Below are positions 20,380-30,338 of a stretch of 64,000 nucleotides of DNA, piece by piece. The notes beneath the pieces were generated by a model. That model was given only the letters and a program-made list of their open reading frames with translations, did not search any database and was not told the DNA's origin. Source of the stretch: an uncultured Verrucomicrobiota bacterium (lineage in GTDB: Bacteria; Verrucomicrobiota; Verrucomicrobiia; Limisphaerales; UBA1319); the NCBI GenBank assembly GCA_964409245.1, contig CAYPCQ010000017.1, forward strand, positions 21,765 through 85,764, written 5' to 3'. Position numbers and translations under genes: made by a program. How positions within the stretch are numbered: the stretch's first letter is position 1; each line of letters begins with the position of its first letter.

Positions 20380-21231
20380 ATGAAAAATTTTCGCCTATGG
20401 GAACGGCTTGGAACACGGCCGGCCGGCTTTACGCTGATCGAGCTTTTGGTGGTGATTGCCATCATCGGCATCCTGGCTTCGCTCATGCTGCCCGCCTTGA
20501 GCAAGGCACGGCGTAAGGCCCAGGCCGCTCATTGCTTGTCCAATCTGAAACAATGGGGTGTGGCTTGGATGTTGTATTGCGAAGAAAACAACAATTCTTT
20601 CAGCCAGGGGATTGCGGTGGGTTGGGCCAGGGGTGAGTGGCTCAATGCGCTGAAGAAACATTACGAAAAGAAACCATATCTGCTGTATTGCCCCATGGCC
20701 ACCCTGGGGCGGGGATCAGGCACGCGGGAGGTGCAGGTGCCTGCGGATAGCCCGCGTGCGGTGGAATATGGGGGACCCACCACCGCTTATGATTTTCCGC
20801 TGACCGATGAGGCTGCCTCCACCACCATTGCCAAACGACCGATCACCGCCAGTTACGGCATCAACAACTGGGTTTACGATCCTCCTTCCAGTGTCAGCGC
20901 CATCCAGGGGCGCAGCACAGCTTGGAATTGGCGCAAATTGGATGCCGCCCGGCAACCGGCGAAAACACCACTATTTGGAGACTCCATGTGGCGGGGCGGG
21001 GGACCGCACCACACCGAAATGCCACCCGCCTTCAACGGACAGTGGATCGGTGCTGGCGCCGAATTCCACCATTTTGCCATGCAACGCCATGCCAAGGGCA
21101 TTCAACTGTTGTTTTTCGATTCCTCGGCCCGGCTCGTTCCGGTCAAAGCTTTGTGGAATCTGGCCTGGCATAAGCAATTCGACATTTCCTACGCGGCGCG
21201 GAGCATCGTTTTTCCCGCTTGGATGCAATAG
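20380..21231 (+). CDS. prepilin-type N-terminal cleavage/methylation domain protein (DUF1559-like pseudopilin)
   Basis: [45 protein letters not shown] is the classic type IV pilin-like N-terminus. The C-terminal NxLFFDSS motif is typical of the expanded PVC family. Confidence 0.85.
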   Translation: MKNFRLWERLGTRPAGFTLIELLVVIAIIGILASLMLPALSKARRKAQAAHCLSNLKQWGVAWMLYCEENNNSFSQGIAVGWARGEWLNALKKHYEKKPYLLYCPMATLGRGSGTREVQVPADSPRAVEYGGPTTAYDFPLTDEAASTTIAKRPITASYGINNWVYDPPSSVSAIQGRSTAWNWRKLDAARQPAKTPLFGDSMWRGGGPHHTEMPPAFNGQWIGAGAEFHHFAMQRHAKGIQLLFFDSSARLVPVKALWNLAWHKQFDISYAARSIVFPAWMQ

Positions 21232-21241
21232 CCCGGCTTCA

Positions 21242-22753
21242 TCAATGTTGATGCCGTCCGCCCCGTTTGGGTGGTCCGGAAGGCTTTTTCCCGGAATGCT
21301 GTTGATGGTATTTGCGAATAGGTTCGATGGTTTTGGGGCGCGGTTTGGCGATAAACACGATGGGGCACCCCTCAAATCCGAAGGCTTTGCGGAGTTCTTT
21401 GCCCAAGTATTTGTTGTATTGTGCGGAAAACATCGCTTTGTGGTTCACGAACAACACGAATTTCGGCGGAATGGTTTCCACCTGGGTGGCGTAATACATT
21501 TTCAGGAAGTGGCCGGTGGAGCTGATCGGCTGCCTTTTTTCGATCGCCTCCTGGAGTGTCCGGTTCAGGATTGAGGTGGGAATTTTTTGCTGTAATTGAT
21601 CGGCCACGTAACGGATGGCTTCCAGCAATCGGTCCAGGTTGAATCCTTCCTTGGCGGAGGTGAAAATCACCGGGGCATAATCCAGGAAAAAGAGCTGGGA
21701 TTGCACCCATTGGCCAAACTCAGCCAGGTTCCTGGGTGGCCTTTGATCCCGGCTGCGGCGCGGCTTTTTATCAGCCGGTTTTTGTTTGGCCTCCTGCTCC
21801 TCCAGCGCGGGCTTGAATAGATCCCATTTATTGATCGCCACGATACAGGCCTTGGGGGCGGAGTTGATCAGATCGGCGATTTTCTTGTCCTGCTCCAAAA
21901 TGCCGCTTTCCGCGTCCAAAACCAGCACGGCAATGTCGCAGCGCTCAATGGAATCCTCGGATCGCTTGACGCTGAAAAATTCCACTGAATCATCCTGGCG
22001 CCGTTTTTTACGGATGCCAGCCGTGTCGATCAGGATATACTGCTGCCGGACGCCTTCTGTTTCCACTTCAAAGGGCACATCCACCGAATCCCGGGTGGTG
22101 CCAGGAATAGGGGTGACGATGACTCTGTCCGATTGCGTGAGCGCGTTGATCAACGAAGATTTTCCCACGTTGGGACGTCCGACAATAGCCAGTTTCAATG
22201 GCGGAGCCGAGACCGCCGCTTCGGGTTGGCCTTCGGTGGCAACCGGTTGCGGCAGCAATTTGAAAACCGCGTGCATGAGGTCGGAAATGCCATGGCCATG
22301 GATGGCGCTGACTGGGCAAATAACCGGGAAACCCAGCCGTGTGTATTGGCCAAGTTCATCTTCATGGCCAGTCCGGTCCACCTTGTTCACCGCTAGAACG
22401 ACCGATTTCCCGCTGGTCCGCAAGCGGCTAGCCACCTCCATGTCCAAGGGTGCCAGACCTTCTTGCAAATTGACCACCAGGATGACCACATTCGCGGCTT
22501 CAATGGCAATCTCCACCTGCTTGATCGTGGCCTGGACGAGGATATCGCTGGCCTTTTCTCCGCGCAAAAGGCCGATCCCGCCCGTATCAATCAGGGTGAA
22601 TTTACGCCCCACCCATTCCACTTCCGCACTGATGCGGTCGCGGGTAACCCCGGGCTGATCATGAACGATGGCTATCCGCCTGCCCGCCAGGCGGTTAAAC
22701 AAGGCCGACTTGCCCACGTTGGGCCGGCCCACTATGGCAATGACTCCAGACAT
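21242..22753 (-). CDS. der: ribosome-associated GTPase Der (EngA), two G domains plus KH-like domain
   Basis: [16 protein letters not shown] and [16 protein letters not shown] (two P-loops), DTGG/DTAG, NKVD/NKWD. Start set at the reverse-strand ATG 22753-22751 (MSGVIAIVG). The 151 extra N-terminal codons of the track ORF look non-coding and overlap the divergent gene. Confidence 0.92.
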   Translation of the reverse strand: MSGVIAIVGRPNVGKSALFNRLAGRRIAIVHDQPGVTRDRISAEVEWVGRKFTLIDTGGIGLLRGEKASDILVQATIKQVEIAIEAANVVILVVNLQEGLAPLDMEVASRLRTSGKSVVLAVNKVDRTGHEDELGQYTRLGFPVICPVSAIHGHGISDLMHAVFKLLPQPVATEGQPEAAVSAPPLKLAIVGRPNVGKSSLINALTQSDRVIVTPIPGTTRDSVDVPFEVETEGVRQQYILIDTAGIRKKRRQDDSVEFFSVKRSEDSIERCDIAVLVLDAESGILEQDKKIADLINSAPKACIVAINKWDLFKPALEEQEAKQKPADKKPRRSRDQRPPRNLAEFGQWVQSQLFFLDYAPVIFTSAKEGFNLDRLLEAIRYVADQLQQKIPTSILNRTLQEAIEKRQPISSTGHFLKMYYATQVETIPPKFVLFVNHKAMFSAQYNKYLGKELRKAFGFEGCPIVFIAKPRPKTIEPIRKYHQQHSGKKPSGPPKRGGRHQH

Positions 22754-22918
22754 TCCATTCAGCTTGCCATCATCGGCCTTGCTGATAAAGGCAAAACGTC
22801 CGGCCGATGCGGTTCCGCAAGCCAGGTGGCAGCGGGTGGCTGCGAAAAAGTTCGGTTTACCCGGTTGTTTTGGCAATCGGCATGCTGCATAATTTTTCAG
22901 ACAAGGTATCGATGAAAA

Positions 22919-23962
22919 ATGAGAGCCAATTTCAAATTGATTGCCGCAGCGAGCTTGGGAATCAACCTGGCCGGAGGATTGGCTTGGTGGTGGCAAAATC
23001 GCCTGGATGTTCTTCCTGGTGTGCGGGAAAGGACGTTCGTCGGTCAGGGTCAAGCGCCGGCGGACAATACAACCACGCAAAGCCACGCCCGCTTTCATTG
23101 GGCACTGATTGAATCCCCAAATTATCCGGCGTATATAGCCAATCTGCGAAAGATCGGCTGCCCCGAACAGACCATCCGGGATATTGTGATTTCGGATTTG
23201 TGCCATGTTTACGGAGGCGAATGGAAAAAGCGTTTTGTGGCGGCAAACACCAATTATTGGGAACCCGCATACGGTCAGGGAGCCATAAACTCCGAAGCGC
23301 TTCAGACTACAGCGTTAAAAATGAGAACCGAATTGGATAAAGCGGTTTTGGAATTATTGGGTGTGGATCTGAGCAAGGAACTGCAAAAATATGCGGAAGT
23401 GGGATCGGTGCGGCCGGATAAAGAATATTTTCTCAGCGCTTTCCTGCCGCTTGAAGTCGTGGCGCCGGTGGCTCGGGCCTTGGAAAAATATGAAACCCTC
23501 AGGCAGAGTGCCGCCAACGGGACTTTTTTGACCCGCGAATCCATCATCGAACAAATACATCTCATTGATCAGGAACAAAAGGAACTTAATACCTGGCTTG
23601 ACGCTGGGCAATTGGCGCAGGTGGAAGTGCGATTTTCTGACTTGGCGCAGGAGATCCGCACCCGGATGCCCGGCTTCGATTTGAAAGAAGCTGAATTCAA
23701 GCGGCTGTATTCAACGCGCAAACAACAGCGTGACGCCTTTTATAATTGGGTAATTAACGCCCCCGGTCCCCTTTCAGCGGATGCATTATTGGCAGAAAAC
23801 GATAAAAGCCAACTGGAGGAAAATCAATTGCGGGTGTTGCTGGGGAATGTCAGGTATTCGGAATATGAAAAGTCCCAAGATTACTTATCCCGGAGCTTGG
23901 ATTACTTCAAGTCAGAGGACTCGCCACCGAAAGAATCCGGAACCCCAATTCCAAAGAACTAA
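22919..23962 (+). CDS. hypothetical membrane-anchored protein
   Basis: 347 aa. N-terminal TM ([19 protein letters not shown]), the remainder helical and charged. No family recognised. GC is somewhat lower than in neighbouring genes. Confidence 0.55.
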   Translation: MRANFKLIAAASLGINLAGGLAWWWQNRLDVLPGVRERTFVGQGQAPADNTTTQSHARFHWALIESPNYPAYIANLRKIGCPEQTIRDIVISDLCHVYGGEWKKRFVAANTNYWEPAYGQGAINSEALQTTALKMRTELDKAVLELLGVDLSKELQKYAEVGSVRPDKEYFLSAFLPLEVVAPVARALEKYETLRQSAANGTFLTRESIIEQIHLIDQEQKELNTWLDAGQLAQVEVRFSDLAQEIRTRMPGFDLKEAEFKRLYSTRKQQRDAFYNWVINAPGPLSADALLAENDKSQLEENQLRVLLGNVRYSEYEKSQDYLSRSLDYFKSEDSPPKESGTPIPKN

Positions 23963-23975
23963 AACTGCCAGCCTT

Positions 23976-24578
23976 TTAGGGAAAATGGCCGGCCAGGGCG
24001 GAGACTTTCCTGGCTGAGGCATCCTGGATTCTCTGCGCATCTGGGGGACTATAGGAGTTTTGGGGGGCCAAATGTGACATTCCGCCGAGGAAGTCTTGGC
24101 AGAAATTCAAAACAAGACGTAAAGCGGTGGCCCGGGCCGCCTCGAAAATCACCGGTAATCGAGCTTTCAGTCGTGGCGTCAAATCCAGCCCAAAGCCGAT
24201 GGTTTCCGGTTGAACACCCAATACATAGATGCGCGGCCGCAGGCGTGGTTCGACAAACTCCAGCATGGACTTCAATCCGAACTCATGGGCTGACATTCGC
24301 TCCTGGTGCGGGGCGAGTTCCTCAAAAGTTCCGTGGAATATTGTTCCCGGTTCGCCACCGGCATCCATAGCGTCGATGATCAGCAGTTTAGGGTATCTTT
24401 CCACATGCGGGGCCAGGCTCATGAAATCAGTTCCGACTTCCAGGGTTTCCACTCCGGGAATCGGGTCATTTTTCAAAAGCCGCGTTACATGAATGCCCAC
24501 TCCATCATCCATCAACAATTCGTTGCCGATCCCCGCCAGCAACAGTGTGGCGTAGGGCTTTTGGCAGTTTTCAATCAT
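23976..24578 (-). CDS. [NiFe]-hydrogenase maturation endopeptidase (HyaD/HybD family)
   Basis: LLLAGIGNELLMDDGVGIHV...LLIIDAMD...H motif pattern. Directly downstream of the large subunit. Confidence 0.85.
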   Translation of the reverse strand: MIENCQKPYATLLLAGIGNELLMDDGVGIHVTRLLKNDPIPGVETLEVGTDFMSLAPHVERYPKLLIIDAMDAGGEPGTIFHGTFEELAPHQERMSAHEFGLKSMLEFVEPRLRPRIYVLGVQPETIGFGLDLTPRLKARLPVIFEAARATALRLVLNFCQDFLGGMSHLAPQNSYSPPDAQRIQDASARKVSALAGHFP

Positions 24579-24702
24579 AATATTCCTTATTGATGCTGCA
24601 AACCGCGGGATTTACTGCTTCTCGTTTCGTGCTCCTGGCATGGTTATCAGCGCGTCCGGCATAGGATTCAATGAGTACTGGGGATTTATAAGTTGCCCGG
24701 TT

Positions 24703-26148
24703 TCATGCCGTCATAAGCTCCGGTTTCCAAACCGCGGCACGAGCCGGATTGGACGGCCTCAAAACGTGCACTGCGCACGATAGGCATGGATCGAATGAAT
24801 GGATCAAGCGCAAGACCTCGATTGGTTGTTCGGCGCTGGACACTGGCAGGCCGATGAGAGCTTGTTCAATAGGTCCGGGGCGATGGGCCTTATCCCGGGG
24901 GGAGGCATTCCAGCAAGTGGGGGTAATCACTTGGTAATTGCTGATGGTTCCACTGTTGATGCTGACCCAATGGCCCAGGGCACCGCGGGGCGCTTCGGTT
25001 AATCCCATTCCTTTGGCGGAGGAGGGAGTAGTATAGGTGGAATAAACCGGCTGTCCCACTACCACTTGTTTCAGCCATTCCAGCATTGCCAGCGCAATTT
25101 TTTGGGTTTCGAGCGCCCGTGCCCGATGGCGGTCCATAATCGAGATGCCTCGCCGGTAATCCCCATTGATCCACATCCGGGCCAGCGGACCCGCTTCAAA
25201 CGGCAAACTTTGGTAGCGGGGCGCTTTCAACCACGAATAAGCGTCGGTTTTGGGGAAGATGGGCTTGGTGACTCCGGCGGCAGGCGCCAGGTTGTCGGTG
25301 GTTTTGTCATACCAGGAGTGGGTGACTTCCTCCGTGATGGAGGACACATTCAAAGTTTCGACGGTTGTTGATCCATTGCGCACGATCCCGGGCCGCAGCA
25401 GGCAATTGGTGCCGGCGGCATCCAAGTCAAAGACCCCGAACGCCATCAGGTTTCCACTGCCACCGCCCAAAGCCGAGTATTCCGGGTAAACGGTGGCGAG
25501 GAATGCCACGTCCTTCAAATAAACCGTGTTAATGAAATCCAATAATTCAGTGCAATAGGCACGGAATTGGCCAATCTGAACAGTCGTGGGTGTGGCGGTA
25601 AATCCGCCGGGAATGTAAGCGGGTGAATGTGGCATGCGGCCCCCAAAGACGGCCCCCATTTCGTGTCCCAAGCGGGTCATGCGCAAGGCTGTCTGATAAT
25701 TCGCAAATAATTGCGCGTTATCGGATTGGCTGATCCGGCGATCCACGTTCCAGCCTGGATTCCAGGGAGACATGGCGGGACCCACCACGTAGTCGAGCAA
25801 TGAAAGGTGATAAAAGTGCAGAATGTGGGACTGCACGAAATTGGCGCCCAAGACCAAGTTCCGCAGCAAGCGCCCATTATTGGGCACCACTTTGCCCGCG
25901 GCTTGGTCCAAGGCTTTCACAGCAGCCAGGCCATGGGGAATTGGGCAAACACCGCAAATCCGCTGGGTAATATGCGGCGCATCCCAAGGATCGCGGCCTG
26001 CCAGCAGGTTTTCAAAACCCCGGAACAGGGTTCCTGAGGCGCGCGCATCCACGACTTTTTGGCTGCCGGCGGCGCCGTCAATGGTGACCTCAATTTTCAG
26101 ATGGCCTTCGAGGCGGGTTACGGGGTCGATAGTGAGAGTAGTAGGCAT
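24703..26148 (-). CDS. [NiFe]-hydrogenase large subunit (481 aa)
   Basis: N-terminal TRLEGHLKIEV, L1 motif RICGVCPIPH, C-terminal L2 motif SFDPCLSCAVH followed by a 20-aa extension that would be removed by the protease. Confidence 0.95.
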   Translation of the reverse strand: MPTTLTIDPVTRLEGHLKIEVTIDGAAGSQKVVDARASGTLFRGFENLLAGRDPWDAPHITQRICGVCPIPHGLAAVKALDQAAGKVVPNNGRLLRNLVLGANFVQSHILHFYHLSLLDYVVGPAMSPWNPGWNVDRRISQSDNAQLFANYQTALRMTRLGHEMGAVFGGRMPHSPAYIPGGFTATPTTVQIGQFRAYCTELLDFINTVYLKDVAFLATVYPEYSALGGGSGNLMAFGVFDLDAAGTNCLLRPGIVRNGSTTVETLNVSSITEEVTHSWYDKTTDNLAPAAGVTKPIFPKTDAYSWLKAPRYQSLPFEAGPLARMWINGDYRRGISIMDRHRARALETQKIALAMLEWLKQVVVGQPVYSTYTTPSSAKGMGLTEAPRGALGHWVSINSGTISNYQVITPTCWNASPRDKAHRPGPIEQALIGLPVSSAEQPIEVLRLIHSFDPCLSCAVHVLRPSNPARAAVWKPELMTA

Positions 26149-26193
26149 GGTAAACTTTCTTTTAAATTGCTTTGATCATGGCACCAGGGTCAT

Positions 26194-27084
26194 CTAAGAA
26201 ATATGAAACAGAGCTTCCTTTCCGGGAAAAGATGGGTTGGTACATCCGATGCAAGGGGCGTTGGCTCCAATGCACCAATTCACCCCATTGTTCCATTTCA
26301 ATGTGGGGCAAATGGCCATGGTTTCAGGCCCCCGGCAGCCCAAAGCCTTTAGACAGCGGCCGGTGACCCCAAAAGTCTTGATTTCATCGCGTTCCTTCAG
26401 CGGGCAGGAATCGTGAATCTTTTTACTGTATAAGCTTGTAGGGCGCCCATAAGAATCCAAAGCCACGGTTTTACCCTGCAACAAATGCACTATAGTTCCT
26501 ACTATCCAATTGGGGTGTGGAGGACATCCGGCGATATTGATGGTTGTTTTTCCGGTAACGGCCTTGACTCCCTTGATGGCAGTAATGTTAATGCCCGCCG
26601 CTGGGATTCCGCCCCAAGCCGCGCAATTGCCGACACAGATGGTTTTGATGGCTTTGGCTGTCAATTCCATCACCGCCTGCTGGAAGGTTTTCTCCACTCC
26701 GTTTTCAGACCAGGCAATGCAGGCATTTCCGCCAAACGCCGTGGGAATGCCACCTTCAACGATCAGGATATAATTCCCCTGGGCCAGGGCGGTTTTCAGA
26801 ATTCCGACCACGGTGTTGCCAGCCGATGCGGATAGATTGGGATGATGCAATAAATTGATGTTGCTCACCAGCACATCCGCCGCGTTGAGCGGGGCGGTGG
26901 GGCTCACGTAGTTGAGAAATGAGATGCTGCAGCCAGTGCAGCCGCTGCCTTGCAGCCAAATGACTTTAGGCGCCGCCGGATTCGCCAGGGCATTTTGGAG
27001 GTGCGCCAAATCCAATGGAGTTAATCCCAAGGTGGCCGACACCGCAGAACAATACTTCAAAAAGGACCGTCGAGTGACATGCAT
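26194..27084 (-). CDS. [NiFe]-hydrogenase small subunit with twin-arginine signal (296 aa)
   Basis: Tat motif TRRSFLKY. FeS ligand patterns CTGCSISFL, GNCAAWGG, GCPPHP, HDSCP, CLKALGCRGP, CPTLKWNNGVNWCIGANAPCIGC. No C-terminal TM anchor. Confidence 0.95.
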   Translation of the reverse strand: MHVTRRSFLKYCSAVSATLGLTPLDLAHLQNALANPAAPKVIWLQGSGCTGCSISFLNYVSPTAPLNAADVLVSNINLLHHPNLSASAGNTVVGILKTALAQGNYILIVEGGIPTAFGGNACIAWSENGVEKTFQQAVMELTAKAIKTICVGNCAAWGGIPAAGINITAIKGVKAVTGKTTINIAGCPPHPNWIVGTIVHLLQGKTVALDSYGRPTSLYSKKIHDSCPLKERDEIKTFGVTGRCLKALGCRGPETMAICPTLKWNNGVNWCIGANAPCIGCTNPSFPGKEALFHIS

Positions 27085-27190
27085 ATGATTAATAGTTTTT
27101 GGAGTTTTTCTTCACGGTCGGCCAGCATCCAGGCGGGCCTTTGGCAGCCACTTTTCTGTTTGGTTGTGGTTTGCCTGCCAGTGGACCAAC

Positions 27191-27206
27191 AGCAAAGATC
27201 GTGCCA
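27191..27206 (-). promoter_or_regulatory. sigma-54 (-24/-12) promoter for the hydrogenase operon
   Basis: The reverse strand reads TGGCACGATCTTTGCT, matching TGGCACG-N4-TTGCW at every defined position. It lies about 95-105 nt upstream of the small-subunit ATG at 27084. Confidence 0.75.
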
Positions 27207-27415
27207 GTGACGGGCGAATTGCGGGCAGTGATTGCAGAATCGTAAATGGCACGCGTCCAGTGTATTATGACCAACTGTGCACGGATGGAACAGATGCCTA
27301 ATTTATGGCTGCCCGGTGTCTAAAAAGTGGGCAATTCTACCACCCGCAAGGACTGCGCATCCTAATACTAATATATCAAAAATATGGAAATGTATTATGT
27401 AATCAAGTTTTATAG

Positions 27416-27437
27416 TTAATCAAAATGATTAACGATG
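27416..27437. promoter_or_regulatory. palindromic operator/UAS candidate, copy 1 (TTAATCA-AAA-TGATTAA + CGATG)
   Basis: Perfect 7-3-7 inverted repeat at 27416-27432 in a region of about 20% GC. 20/22 identical to copy 2. Confidence 0.6.
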
Positions 27438-27479
27438 CGGTCGGTCGCAAAACTTATGGGGATGTTTCGGAAAACAAAA

Positions 27480-27501
27480 CTAATCAGAATGATTAACGAT
27501 G
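27480..27501. promoter_or_regulatory. palindromic operator/UAS candidate, copy 2 (TAATCA-GAA-TGATTA + ACGATG)
   Basis: CTAATCAGAATGATTAACGATG, 64 bp downstream of copy 1. It ends about 10-17 nt before the ATG of the MFS ORF. Confidence 0.6.
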
Positions 27502-27511
27502 TTGCTGATTG

Positions 27512-28849
27512 ATGATGTTTGGCTCTGCCGATGCACCATGGCAGAATTCCACTGAAGCTGGCCACCTCCACACCCGCCCCGGATTTATTTTGCCGCCCGG
27601 GGCAGGGTGCCGGTATGCTGTCCCAGTGTCGGAAAATCAGCTCACAGAGACGACTTTTCGGTTTGAGCAGCTGCGGGCAGTCATGGCGGGATTCCTGGAG
27701 ACTGCGGCCTCCACCTTTCTATTGCTGATCACGGTTCGGGAGTTCAATTCCGGCCCCATGGCCAAGGCATTGGTGGCCTCGGGAGGCAGTCTCGGTTTGC
27801 TGTTGACTCCGTGGGTCGTGGAATTGGTAGGCCACCTGGGGTGGCGGGCTTCCACAGCGGCCGCCCGTTTGTCGATGCTGGGTATGGCCAGCTTTTTAGT
27901 GATGGCTGCATTTCCCACGGCACCGGTGTTTGTGGTCGGCAGCGTTTTGGCCCTGGCGGCGGCTTCCGCGGCGGTGCCTTTAATGACCCAGATTTACCAG
28001 GAGAATTACCCCAGCCAAAGCCTCGGCCGGCTGTTTTCACGGACAGTCATGATCCGCATCGCGGCGGCGGCGATATTCAGTGAATTGGCCGGCCGTTTTT
28101 TAGCTGTTAATTTACATCGGTTTCCCTGGCTGCTGGTGGTTTTCGCGGGTGCTTTTTGGGGGTCTTCGTGGTGCCAGGCCAATTGTCCCTCCCGGGCCTT
28201 GGTGCTGGACAGCGCTCCACATCCTTTTCGCACCTGGAAATCCGTGCGCCACGACCGGCTGTTTTGCTATACCTTGGTTTGTTGGATGCTGATGGGTTTT
28301 GCCAACCTGATGATGTATCCCTTGCGCGTGGAGTACCTGGCCAACGCAAAATACGGGCTTGCCTTGCAGGTAGGAACCATTGCGTTGTTGACGGGTGTGA
28401 TCCCCAACATAGCGCGGCTGGCGATGAGTCCCATTTGGGGATGGCTGTTCGACCACATGAATTTTTTCCTCCTGCGGGTGGTTTTGAATTTGGGCTTCGG
28501 ATTGGGTATCCTGTCGTTCTTCTTCAGTGATTCCATGCCCGGACTGATACTTGGTGCAGTGGTGTTCGGAATCTCCAATGCAGGTGGAGACGTGGCTTGG
28601 AGCTTGTGGGTCACCAAATTGGCGCCACCCGACCGCGTGGCCGACTATATGGCAGTGCACACCTTTTTTACCGGGCTGCGCGGGGTGGTGGCACCGTGGA
28701 TAGCCTTCCAGTTGCTGGGGCCGTTGTCCATCACCACGCTGGGCTGGATCAGTGCCGGGCTCATTCTGGTGGCTTCGCTCATGTTGCTGCCGGAGGTGAA
28801 GCTGGACAAAATCGTGCGGCCGCTGATCGAACCGGAAAGGAATCCATGA
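27512..28849 (+). CDS. MFS transporter
   Basis: About 12 hydrophobic segments and an MFS-like loop pattern. The start is uncertain: ATG 27512 is the first ATG, and the first ~40 aa are atypical, so a later GTG start is possible. Confidence 0.8.
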   Translation: MMFGSADAPWQNSTEAGHLHTRPGFILPPGAGCRYAVPVSENQLTETTFRFEQLRAVMAGFLETAASTFLLLITVREFNSGPMAKALVASGGSLGLLLTPWVVELVGHLGWRASTAAARLSMLGMASFLVMAAFPTAPVFVVGSVLALAAASAAVPLMTQIYQENYPSQSLGRLFSRTVMIRIAAAAIFSELAGRFLAVNLHRFPWLLVVFAGAFWGSSWCQANCPSRALVLDSAPHPFRTWKSVRHDRLFCYTLVCWMLMGFANLMMYPLRVEYLANAKYGLALQVGTIALLTGVIPNIARLAMSPIWGWLFDHMNFFLLRVVLNLGFGLGILSFFFSDSMPGLILGAVVFGISNAGGDVAWSLWVTKLAPPDRVADYMAVHTFFTGLRGVVAPWIAFQLLGPLSITTLGWISAGLILVASLMLLPEVKLDKIVRPLIEPERNP

Positions 28850-29793
28850 GCGCCAACCCGCAGGCGGTCATTGATGTGGGCACCAACTCGGTCAAGTTGC
28901 TCATCGGAGAGGTGTGTGGCAGCCAGGTAATCCCCTGGCTGGAAACCAGCGAGCAAACGCGGCTCGGACGGGGGTTTTATGAGAACCATCAGCTGCAACC
29001 CGAGGCCATTGCCTGCACCGCCAAGGCGGTGAGGCGATTCATGGGGATGGCGCGCGACCGCGGTTGCGATACTATTCGGTTGGTGGCCACGAGCGCCGCC
29101 CGCGATGCGGAAAATCGGGCTGAGCTCGTGGCGGCCATCCGTGCTGCCAGCGGATTGCCTTTGGAAATAATATCCGGCGAACAGGAGGCGGAATTGGCTT
29201 ATAAAGGCGTCTGCTCAGATCTATGCCTCGCCCAATTGCCAGCTTTGATCATGGACACCGGAGGCGGCAGCACCCAGTTCGTATATCGTGGGCAGCCAGG
29301 TTTGATTCGCCGGAGCTTCCCTTTGGGAGCCATACGGTTGCTGGAAAAATACCCGCACGCCAACCCGCCCACCAGCGAGCAGCTTGTAAGTTGCCGATGT
29401 TGGCTGGACGATTTCATCGGGGGTGAAATTTTACCGGTGGTCCGGCCTTGGATTTCCAGCGGTCACGGTGCGCCGGTGCAGTTGGTGGGCACCGGTGGAG
29501 CCAGCGGATTGCTGGCCTCCATGCACCTCCGCTTGCCAAATTTTGAACGACAGTTAATTGAGGCAGCTTTGATCACCCGTGACCAGATTCAGGATTGTGC
29601 TCTTGGGCTATGGGGTAAAACCCTTGAGGAAAGGCGCCAAATAATAGGACTTCCACCCCAAAAGGCCGATGTGATCCTGATGAGCGCGCTGATCCATGCG
29701 CGGTTGATGGTAAAACTGGATATCCAAACTTTGCGGGTCAGCACCCGTGGAATTCGATATGGGCTTCTGCTGACAGGGACTGGTGCTGGTTGA
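28846..29793 (+). CDS. Ppx/GppA-family phosphatase (exopolyphosphatase / pppGpp phosphohydrolase-like)
   Basis: MSANPQAVIDVGTNSVKLLIGEV, VATSAARDAEN, DTGGGSTQF. ATGA overlap with the MFS stop. The track ORF from 28597 is an out-of-context extension. Confidence 0.85.
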   Translation: MSANPQAVIDVGTNSVKLLIGEVCGSQVIPWLETSEQTRLGRGFYENHQLQPEAIACTAKAVRRFMGMARDRGCDTIRLVATSAARDAENRAELVAAIRAASGLPLEIISGEQEAELAYKGVCSDLCLAQLPALIMDTGGGSTQFVYRGQPGLIRRSFPLGAIRLLEKYPHANPPTSEQLVSCRCWLDDFIGGEILPVVRPWISSGHGAPVQLVGTGGASGLLASMHLRLPNFERQLIEAALITRDQIQDCALGLWGKTLEERRQIIGLPPQKADVILMSALIHARLMVKLDIQTLRVSTRGIRYGLLLTGTGAG

Positions 29794-29878
29794 TTGGCCG
29801 AATCATCGTTCAAGGATGCCTGATCTACCGGCGGCCTTTCCGTAGCTGACTAATGGCACAAAGTGGTGGAACAATAAG

Positions 29879-29905
29879 AAAAAGAGGGGAGATTTCCCCC
29901 TTTTT
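29879..29905. terminator. bidirectional intrinsic terminator between convergent genes
   Basis: AAAAAG(A)GGGGA-GATT-TCCCCCTTTTT. The hairpin is flanked by A5/T5 and lies between the ppx-like stop (29793) and the lipoprotein stop (29949). Confidence 0.65.
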
Positions 29906-29948
29906 CCCGAGGGTGGGCTTTGGCGAGCCAGATCAATAAAGACTGCGG

Positions 29949-30338
29949 CTAACGCATCTGCGTCAGCTGCAAAGCAATCCGTTTATCGACTTCGCTCGCC
30001 AGTCCGATATCTGTGCCTCCACCCTTCGTGCGAACTTGCACCACCACGCCGGTCACGGTTTCATCTTTTTGTGACACTTGAATCCAGACGGTGGAGGTGT
30101 TGATTTTACCCATGGCAATGCTGTTCACAGTGTTATCGGCGGTCAAAACTCCCATGAATTTGATTACCTCCTTGCTGGCGGCAAAAACCTGGGCGGGCGG
30201 GCGGGGGTAGAAACTTTCGATGCGGTCGTGGGAAGTGGGCCAGCCAGCTTGGGAATGCCCATCCAAAGTGCTGACACAGCCGGAAAAAAGGGCCACCAGG
30301 CAACCGCAAAACAGTAACGCAAAAATTTTATTCTTCAT
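29949..30338 (-). CDS. small lipoprotein (DUF3568-like)
   Basis: MKNKIFALLFCGCLVALFSGC lipobox. About 129 aa. Start chosen at the MKNK methionine. Confidence 0.7.
   Translation of the reverse strand: MKNKIFALLFCGCLVALFSGCVSTLDGHSQAGWPTSHDRIESFYPRPPAQVFAASKEVIKFMGVLTADNTVNSIAMGKINTSTVWIQVSQKDETVTGVVVQVRTKGGGTDIGLASEVDKRIALQLTQMR

Noticed and set aside
22871-22885. TGGCAATCGGCATGC upstream of hypothetical gene 22919 (sigma-54-like)
   Set aside because: Both boxes are imperfect (TGGCAA, ATGC) and it lies only 34 nt from the start codon. It is indistinguishable from chance without a genome-wide PWM scan.
22754-23206. 151-codon N-terminal extension of the der ORF (654 aa in the track)
   Set aside because: The canonical Der N-terminus ([16 protein letters not shown]) starts at 22753. 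The extension overlaps the divergent gene 22919-23962 and has no homology-like features.
27089-27274. 61-aa reverse-strand ORF ending 4 nt before the hydrogenase small-subunit ATG (possible upstream small gene)
   Set aside because: The sigma-54 promoter (27206-27191) and the predicted TSS lie inside it, so most of it would not be transcribed with the operon. Its composition is not protein-like.
28597-28845. Upstream extension of the Ppx/GppA ORF overlapping the MFS gene
   Set aside because: The family N-terminus (VIDVGTNSVKLL) begins right after ATG 28846, which forms an ATGA junction with the MFS stop.
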